Source of the DNA: a virus
Lineage: Duplodnaviria; Caudoviricetes
IMG/VR virus record: IMGVR_UViG_3300011438_000023
Coordinates: 1 to 39,492 of that record
Direction: 5' to 3' (one strand)
Length of the DNA stretch: 39,492 nt
Positions 34,845 through 39,492 of this stretch are shown here, piece by piece (within the stretch, counting starts at the first letter, position 1; each line of letters begins with the position of its first letter). The translations under genes and the position numbers were made by a program. Under the pieces are notes generated by a model. The model was not told the DNA's origin. It worked only from the letters and a program-made list of their open reading frames with translations, and ran no database searches.

Positions 34845-35242
34845 GCGACCAGCACATGGTTCTTTGCTTGGGCTGCGAGGCCGTTGTGGACATTCGCAAC
34901 CCGGTCTGCGCGTGCACGAAAGCGGCCGATGCTGCGCCGCTGGCCGCCGCCAACGCTGAGATAGCGCGGCTGCGCGAACAGATCAGGATCGACGACATCG
35001 AGCACGCACACGCGCTGAAGCACCTCGCCGACTACGGCAACAACGACATGGCGCGCATCGCTGCGGAGTTGAAGCTCACCCAGGCCAACGCGACCGTTGG
35101 GAGGTTGCGCGAAGCCCTGACACTAATACTTCAGCACGTCGAGTGCGACGGCCAATACTGCGACAGCGACCATCACGCGATGTCGTTGCGCATGGCGAGA
35201 GAAGCCCTCGCCCCACCGGCTGCGGCAAAGGAGGGAACGTGA
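34841..35242 (+). CDS. Hypothetical coiled-coil protein (133 aa)
   Basis: GGAGG RBS; AEIARLRE and RLREAL...AREAL modules. Confidence 0.65.
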   Translation: MSDQHMVLCLGCEAVVDIRNPVCACTKAADAAPLAAANAEIARLREQIRIDDIEHAHALKHLADYGNNDMARIAAELKLTQANATVGRLREALTLILQHVECDGQYCDSDHHAMSLRMAREALAPPAAAKEGT

Positions 35243-35460
35243 GCGAAAATCCAATGCCACCGGAGCCTTGGAGCGTGCCAATTCCTTCGTGGCTGCACGA
35301 TGCTCGCGACACCAGCCAACAAGAGAGAAAGCGCTGCCGTGATGTCTACATGGACTGGCTGCTGTTCTGCTTTATCAAGCATATCGACGTCGCCAGACCC
35401 CGAAATGACAATGTGCTGCGCGACTTACTTCCTACGCATATTCAGGAATACGGTCAATGA
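35239..35460 (+). CDS. Hypothetical protein (73 aa), last early gene before the IS
   Basis: AAGGAGG RBS; GTGA overlap. Confidence 0.6.
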   Translation: MSENPMPPEPWSVPIPSWLHDARDTSQQERKRCRDVYMDWLLFCFIKHIDVARPRNDNVLRDLLPTHIQEYGQ

Positions 35461-35482
35461 CTGCGAAATGCTGGCTTTGTAA

Positions 35483-35506
35483 GGGACTTATATACATCAC
35501 TCCCTC
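35483..35506 (+). repeat. Left terminal inverted repeat
   Basis: GGGACTTATATACATCACTCCCTC. Confidence 0.9.
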
Positions 35507-35545
35507 GCTCATTATGGTAATTCATCACAGTTTCACTCAAGGTAC

Positions 35546-35572
35546 TTGACTCCCTTTCTGAAAGGGAGTTAA
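35546..35572 (+). promoter_or_regulatory. Palindrome of TIR sub-sites over the putative IS promoter
   Basis: TTGACTCCCTTTC-T-GAAAGGGAGTTAA; also reads as TTGACT-17-TTAACT. Confidence 0.6.
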
Positions 35573-35608
35573 CTACACACATGCAGGATGTCCCTGCGGG
35601 AGATTGAG

Positions 35609-35833
35609 ATGAACCAGATGAACCAGATGAACCAGATGCAGAAAATCGTGAAGTGGGAAAAGGCTTGGGGCGCGTACGTAAAAGCCCTCGCGAAGTGTGA
35701 CGACGCCAGAGAGATCGAAGACGGCCGCGCGAAGGCCGGCGCCCGCTACTCGCTCCGCGTCGCCTGCCGCAAGCTGCGCGCCACGTGCGAAGAGATCGGC
35801 GAAACCCTCCCGGCTCACTGGGTGATGTCATGA
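35609..35833 (+). CDS. IS passenger protein 1 (74 aa)
   Basis: GGGAG RBS; begins with a 9-bp tandem repeat (MNQ x3). Confidence 0.6.
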   Translation: MNQMNQMNQMQKIVKWEKAWGAYVKALAKCDDAREIEDGRAKAGARYSLRVACRKLRATCEEIGETLPAHWVMS

Positions 35834-36015
35834 AAACCGAACTGAGCGTGGAAACGTTGGTCAAGATGCTTTGCGGCGACGACAGCGACTTTGAACAAAT
35901 GCTCCACCGTGAGCGCGCAAGGGCTGCGGATCGAGAGTGGGCGGAGGAAGCGCGGGACGCGGCAGCCGACCGCCGTCGTGAAGGCGCTTGGGAAGACGCG
36001 GGGTGCCGGTCATGA
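35830..36015 (+). CDS. IS passenger protein 2 (61 aa)
   Basis: ATGA overlaps; MKTELSVETLVKMLCG... Confidence 0.6.
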   Translation: MKTELSVETLVKMLCGDDSDFEQMLHRERARAADREWAEEARDAAADRRREGAWEDAGCRS

Positions 36016-36311
36016 GCGTCCCCTTGCCCACGATCCCCGGCGAGACCGCCAAGGCGTACAAGGCGCGCCTCGCGCTGTCTTCCCACAACCCCCTCACCGA
36101 CGCGTGCCCGTTCGGGTTGATCATTGCGGAGCGCATCATCCCGTGCGAAAGCCTGATGGCCGCGCAAGCCATGTACCTCGCGCTTGGCATGCTCTACCGG
36201 CGCGATTACGGAAAGAACTTGGGCGAGGCTCATATCAGCGGTCCGAAGCGTGGATACCGCATCGATGTGGCCGGGCGCGTTTGGGCTGGCAAGCGCAAGG
36301 TGTTGGCATGA
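36012..36311 (+). CDS. IS passenger protein 3 (99 aa)
   Basis: ATGA overlaps with the previous ORF and the transposase. Confidence 0.6.
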   Translation: MSVPLPTIPGETAKAYKARLALSSHNPLTDACPFGLIIAERIIPCESLMAAQAMYLALGMLYRRDYGKNLGEAHISGPKRGYRIDVAGRVWAGKRKVLA

Positions 36312-37225
36312 GCGCCAGCACCATCAGCACGTTTCAGCTTTTCCAACTGTTCCCCGATCAGGAGTCGGCGCGCGAGTACCTGGAAGCGCGCCTCTGGCCG
36401 GAGGGCGCGAAGTGCCCCATCTGCGCAAGCGGCGAGCGGATCGGCAAGCGCAAGGGCGGGTACTACCGCTGCAACGCATGCTCGGAGGATTTCACCGTCC
36501 GCACGGGCACGATCTTCGAGCGCAGCCATGTCCAGTTGCACAAGTGGCTGTATGCCATGTACCTGCTCGTGACGGCCCGCAAGGGCATCAGTTCGATGCA
36601 GTTGGCCAAGGAGATCGGCATCACGCAAAAGTCGGCGTGGTTCGTCCTGCATCGGCTGAGAGAGGCTTGCGGCGATGACCTCGCGAAGCTTTCCGGCGTC
36701 GTCGAGATCGACGAGACCTACATCGGCGGCAAGGAGGCGAACAAACACACCGGAAAAAAACTCCGGGCCGGGCGCGGCGCAGTCGGTAAGGCTGCCGTGC
36801 TCGGCATGCGTGAACGTGGCGGGCGAACGATTGCCGCGCCAGTGGATGACGTGGACATGGACACCGTGCATCGGGCGATCCACGCCAACGTCGAAGTCGG
36901 TGCGACGCTGCACACCGACGAGGCTGCCGCATATAACGGCCTTGACGGGCTGTTCTACCAGCACGAGCAGATCAACCACAGTGCGGGCGAATACGTGCGC
37001 GGCAACGTCAGCACGAACGGCATCGAAAGCGTGTGGGCGCTCCTGAAGCGTGGCATCACTGGCGTCTATCACCAGACGAGCCGCAAGCACCTGCACCGCT
37101 ACGTCGATGAGTTTGCGTTCCGCCTGAACGATGGCAACTGCAAACGCCACACCCTTGAGCGCCTTGACAGCTTCGTCCGCGCGACCGCCGGCAAGCGCAT
37201 CACCTACTCGGAGTTGACCGCATGA
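36308..37225 (+). CDS. IS1595-family DDE transposase (305 aa)
   Basis: Zn ribbon CPIC...CNAC, GISSMQLAKEIGITQKSAW HTH, VEIDETYIGG, LHTDE, STNGIESVW..LKR, KHLHRYVDEFAFRLN. Confidence 0.96.
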   Translation: MSASTISTFQLFQLFPDQESAREYLEARLWPEGAKCPICASGERIGKRKGGYYRCNACSEDFTVRTGTIFERSHVQLHKWLYAMYLLVTARKGISSMQLAKEIGITQKSAWFVLHRLREACGDDLAKLSGVVEIDETYIGGKEANKHTGKKLRAGRGAVGKAAVLGMRERGGRTIAAPVDDVDMDTVHRAIHANVEVGATLHTDEAAAYNGLDGLFYQHEQINHSAGEYVRGNVSTNGIESVWALLKRGITGVYHQTSRKHLHRYVDEFAFRLNDGNCKRHTLERLDSFVRATAGKRITYSELTA

Positions 37226-37401
37226 AGAGGAAACCACTGAATGAGCGTAAGGGAATGGCCGCGTTGGCTGCGCGGCGCGAACTGGCGAGTCTCGACTCCA
37301 TCGCAGACGTTGTGCTGCGCTACCGCCCGAAGCCCAAGAGCGACGCTGCGAAAACACGCAAGCGGAAGGCCCGCAAGGCTCAGAGGGAGTCATGTATATA
37401 A
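37222..37401 (+). CDS. Small basic IS accessory protein (59 aa), stop codon inside the right TIR
   Basis: MKRKPLNERK...LDSIADVVLRYRPKPKSDAAKTRKRKARKAQRESCI; ATGA-coupled to the transposase. Confidence 0.65.
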   Translation: MKRKPLNERKGMAALAARRELASLDSIADVVLRYRPKPKSDAAKTRKRKARKAQRESCI

Positions 37402-37406
37402 ATCCC
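37383..37406 (-). repeat. Right terminal inverted repeat
   Basis: GAGGGAGTCATGTATATAAATCCC on the plus strand. Confidence 0.9.
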
Positions 37407-37852
37407 TAAAGTTGAGGCCCAATGTCCGGCCCGCTATCACTCCACCGATCAACTATTCCGGTTTGGACGCCTGACCCGTAGCCAGCAACAAATCCAGACG
37501 AGTCCGGAAGTCTTCGGCGATCGGCCTGAGCAACTCCGCTGGCGGCTGTGGGGGTGGCGGGCACACTGTCGGGGGCGCGCTTGCACAGCCTGACATCGCG
37601 AACAGGGGTAGCAGCCTTAGCCACGTTGAGCGCCTTGAGCCGGTTTTCGTAGTCATTGCTTGCATCCTCTTGCAGTTTGCGTTCCTTGGCCCGTGACGCC
37701 TGCTCTGCCACGAGATTGGCCTGAGCCTGCTCCGTGGCGAGGGTGGCTACAGCGAGCCTGCCTGTGAGGCTATACGTGCGCCACACAAGGAAGGCGACTG
37801 CCAGCGCTGCGGCTGCGTAGATCCCAAGGCGAATGTTGGACAGGCCGAACAT
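37406..37852 (-). CDS. i-spanin (Rz-like), C-terminus probably clipped by the IS
   Basis: GGAGG RBS, N-terminal TM, coiled coil, VRLC motif, embedded lipoprotein gene; stop TAG formed at the IS junction. Confidence 0.85.
   Translation of the reverse strand: MFGLSNIRLGIYAAAALAVAFLVWRTYSLTGRLAVATLATEQAQANLVAEQASRAKERKLQEDASNDYENRLKALNVAKAATPVRDVRLCKRAPDSVPATPTAASGVAQADRRRLPDSSGFVAGYGSGVQTGIVDRWSDSGPDIGPQL
37453..37665 (-). CDS. o-spanin (Rz1-like lipoprotein) embedded in the i-spanin gene
   Basis: Signal LLPLFAMSG-C lipobox followed by Pro-rich CPPPPQPPAELL. Confidence 0.85.
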   Translation of the reverse strand: MQAMTTKTGSRRSTWLRLLPLFAMSGCASAPPTVCPPPPQPPAELLRPIAEDFRTRLDLLLATGQASKPE

Positions 37853-37870
37853 GCTACCGTTTACCTCCGT

Positions 37871-37944
37871 TCAGCCTTCGTCTAGCGGCAGGACACGAGG
37901 TTTTGGCCCTCGTAACGCACGTTCGATCCGTGCAGGCTGAACCA
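37871..37944 (+). tRNA. tRNA-Gln (anticodon TTG)
   Basis: Acceptor TCAGCCT/AGGCTGA, D arm GTC/GAC with GG, anticodon stem CGAGG/CCTCG with loop TTTTGGC, T arm GCACG-TTCGATC-CGTGC, discriminator A and encoded CCA. Confidence 0.93.
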
Positions 37945-37945
37945 T

Positions 37946-38062
37946 TCATTTCACCACCCACCAGCGGCCGAACATGAACAGGTGCAGCTCGCTGCGCCGG
38001 CCACGCTTGCCGAGCGTGCGCCCCGAGTTGCGCCCGAAAGCGCTACGGGGTGGCCGAGGCAT
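37946..38062 (-). CDS. Possible small cationic peptide (38 aa)
   Basis: MPRPPRSAFGRNSGRTLGKRGRRSELHLFMFGRWWVVK fills the gap between the FN3 gene and the tRNA; weak RBS. Confidence 0.3.
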   Translation of the reverse strand: MPRPPRSAFGRNSGRTLGKRGRRSELHLFMFGRWWVVK

Positions 38063-38516
38063 ACACGGGGCTTCCATTCACGAGGACCGCGGCCGGCGGC
38101 GAGTTCTCCGAGATCGTAATCGCGATGACGATCGTGGGCGGATTTGGCCGTATCGGTGGCGCCGTGATCGGCACGGCAGGCGACAAGCCAGATGGCACAG
38201 ACTCGGTACACCCAGTGCAGTTGGAATAGACGCGGAAGTAGTAGGTCCCGGCTGCCAGGTTCGTGATGTAAGCGCGCGTCGCCGTGACGCCAGCGACCAC
38301 CTGCACCCACGAGCCAGAAGTGCCGACGCGCTGTTCAATGCGGTAGTTGAGCGGAAGCGTAATGGCAGACCCATCGACGTTGGTCGTAGGCGCGGTCCAC
38401 TGTAGGCAGTAGGCGTTCCATGGCTGCGAGGCGTTGCAGGGCGTAGCAGTCTGCGCGAGCGCCTGACTGGATATGCCAAACAGCACCAGGGCGAGGGCGA
38501 TGAGCAGGTATTTCAT
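38043..38516 (-). CDS. Secreted fibronectin type III domain protein (157 aa)
   Basis: AAGGA RBS; Sec signal MKYLLIALALVLFGISSQALA-Q; FN3 pattern LQWTAP...YRIE...W...ITNLAAGTYYFRV...ES.PS. Confidence 0.8.
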   Translation of the reverse strand: MKYLLIALALVLFGISSQALAQTATPCNASQPWNAYCLQWTAPTTNVDGSAITLPLNYRIEQRVGTSGSWVQVVAGVTATRAYITNLAAGTYYFRVYSNCTGCTESVPSGLSPAVPITAPPIRPNPPTIVIAITISENSPPAAVLVNGSPVYASATP

Positions 38517-38749
38517 GCAGGTTCCTTCGGTGTGGGCTTGCTCGCGTGGATGATCTTGCGGCGGTTCGTGTTGCTGCGCCGGATGGTAAGCGCGCCCAGG
38601 ATGACGCCGGCTGCCTGCCAATATACAAGGTTCTCGGTGGCGATCAGGCCGTTGAGCGCTTGAAGGCCTGAGACGATGGTCGTTGCTGTTCCCAATATGC
38701 CCGTGCCGCGCTCGTCCCACCATTTGGCGAAGAGAATGATGAAGCTCAT
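38513..38749 (-). CDS. Putative holin (78 aa, two TM segments, basic C-terminus)
   Basis: GGAG RBS; ATGA-coupled to the endolysin; two hydrophobic stretches then RRSNTNRRK. Confidence 0.65.
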   Translation of the reverse strand: MSFIILFAKWWDERGTGILGTATTIVSGLQALNGLIATENLVYWQAAGVILGALTIRRSNTNRRKIIHASKPTPKEPA

Positions 38750-39171
38750 ACCCACTCTCCCGTGCGCATCTGTTGCGCAAGTCTGTCTGCACGCTGCCCA
38801 ACCTGCTTGGCCCATTTGCTGTCGAGCATGTTATCCGCGGCGCGCTCGTAGTCTTTTGACCTGACGAATGCGAGCGTATTGGTGAACCCGAGCAGCCCTG
38901 ACACCCCGAGGTTGAACGCCATGTTAACGAGCACCGCTTGACGTGGCGGGTCTATGTCCTTCACCCACGGCAGGCGCGCGAACAACTCCTGCGTGTGCTC
39001 GTTGATGTCGTGATCGAGCAGCGCGTCGATGATGTGCTCAGGCAACCTACCGCCCTTGTGCGCGTCGATGAGGTGGCCTACCCCGATGGTCCAGAACCCG
39101 AGCGAATCCTGATACGCATGCGCCACGCGCCCCTCATCGCGCGCAAGCTGGGTGCGGAGCTTCTCGCTCAC
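38746..39171 (-). CDS. Endolysin, T4-like lysozyme (GH24)
   Basis: DEG...YQDSLGFWTIGVGHL catalytic E-D-T pattern, NMAFNLG, MLDSKWAKQVGQRA; GTG start at 39171. Confidence 0.95.
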   Translation of the reverse strand: MSEKLRTQLARDEGRVAHAYQDSLGFWTIGVGHLIDAHKGGRLPEHIIDALLDHDINEHTQELFARLPWVKDIDPPRQAVLVNMAFNLGVSGLLGFTNTLAFVRSKDYERAADNMLDSKWAKQVGQRADRLAQQMRTGEWV

Positions 39172-39338
39172 GGCCGCAGGTACTTCCACAGAATGCGCAC
39201 GACAGTCAGCGCGTCAGAGAACGAGCAGCCATCGGTGCTGCGCTCGCCGATGAACAGCAACTCCGCTTTGTCTTGCGGCGTAACTGGCTCGCTCTCGGCG
39301 ATGCTGTGGATGATGACGTGCTGTGCGTTGTGGGTCAT
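39168..39338 (-). CDS. Hypothetical protein (56 aa), absent from the ORF track
   Basis: MTHNAQHVIIHSIAESEP...VVRILWKYLRP; AGGA RBS, 4-nt overlaps on both sides. Confidence 0.6.
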   Translation of the reverse strand: MTHNAQHVIIHSIAESEPVTPQDKAELLFIGERSTDGCSFSDALTVVRILWKYLRP

Positions 39339-39492
39339 TCCGGCTGTCCTGGTAGGTGAGGATTAGGATCAATCTTCGCGGCCCACAGTGCCTTCTCGAA
39401 TCCTTCGACTTTCACTTGCAGGAGACGCGATTCCATGCGCGCCTTGTCAGCGTACGAGTGCGACCAGAGCGATATGCCAATCGCCAACCCGA
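39335..39492 (-). CDS. 3' part of a small membrane protein (enters from window end)
   Basis: Open frame GLAIGISLWSHSYADKARMESRLLQVKVEGFEKALWAAKIDPNPHLPGQPE-stop, ATGA-coupled to the next gene. Confidence 0.6.
   Translation of the reverse strand, partial: GLAIGISLWSHSYADKARMESRLLQVKVEGFEKALWAAKIDPNPHLPGQPE

Larger units (their letters stand above)
35483..37406 (+). mobile_element. IS1595-family element with passenger genes (1924 bp)
   Basis: 24-bp TIRs (22/24 identical) flanked by TAA on both sides; contains an IS1595 transposase and four small ORFs. Confidence 0.9.
1..39492. mobile_element. Near-complete podovirus-type phage genome (T7-like head/tail module with lambdoid-type early and replication region)
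   Basis: Contiguous terminase-portal-scaffold-capsid-tail tube-ejection protein-tailspike-lysis genes, divergent early operon, no host housekeeping genes; both window ends lie in the lysis region. Confidence 0.95.

Noticed and set aside
35457-35549. ATGA-coupled ORF MTAKCWLCKG... running into the left TIR, suggesting a second interrupted gene
   Set aside because: Only about 9 codons lie outside the IS and the reconstructed continuation is antisense to both spanins; the TAA duplication favours a clean insertion, so not annotated
35891-36307. 139-aa N-terminal extension of the transposase shown in the ORF track
   Set aside because: Overlaps two better-coupled passenger ORFs; the family N-terminus starts at ATG 36308
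35483-37406. Transposase serving as the phage integrase (Mu-like lifestyle)
   Set aside because: TIRs enclose only 1.9 kb, the element interrupts a phage gene, and there is no repressor for lysogeny

Overview
The window is an almost complete ~39.5 kb genome of a GC-rich short-tailed (podovirus-type) dsDNA phage. Spanin genes imply a Gram-negative host. The two window ends appear to fall inside one small membrane-protein gene. The minus strand carries, in order: a Cro-like gene, a C5 DNA methyltransferase, lambdoid-type replication genes, small and large terminase, portal, scaffold, major capsid, a decoration/glycosylation cassette, T7-like tail tube and ejection proteins, a beta-helix tailspike and the lysis cassette. 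The plus strand carries a tightly coupled early operon with an SSB-like protein, a PD-(D/E)XK exonuclease, an HNH endonuclease, a Ref-like nuclease and many small ORFs. I found no integrase, CI repressor, DNA polymerase or RNA polymerase. The most notable items are: (1) two glycosyltransferase-like genes plus a SAM methyltransferase embedded in the virion operon behind a Ser/Thr-rich repeat protein, a putative virion glycosylation system; (2) a 1.9 kb IS1595-family element with 24-bp TIRs, a 3-bp TAA duplication and four passenger ORFs, inserted in the 3' end of the i-spanin gene; (3) a structured capsid mRNA leader containing the same asymmetric internal loop twice; (4) a tRNA-Gln(UUG) antisense inside the lysis cassette; (5) a signal-peptide FN3 protein among the lysis genes. 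All family calls come from motifs recognised by eye; no database searches were run.
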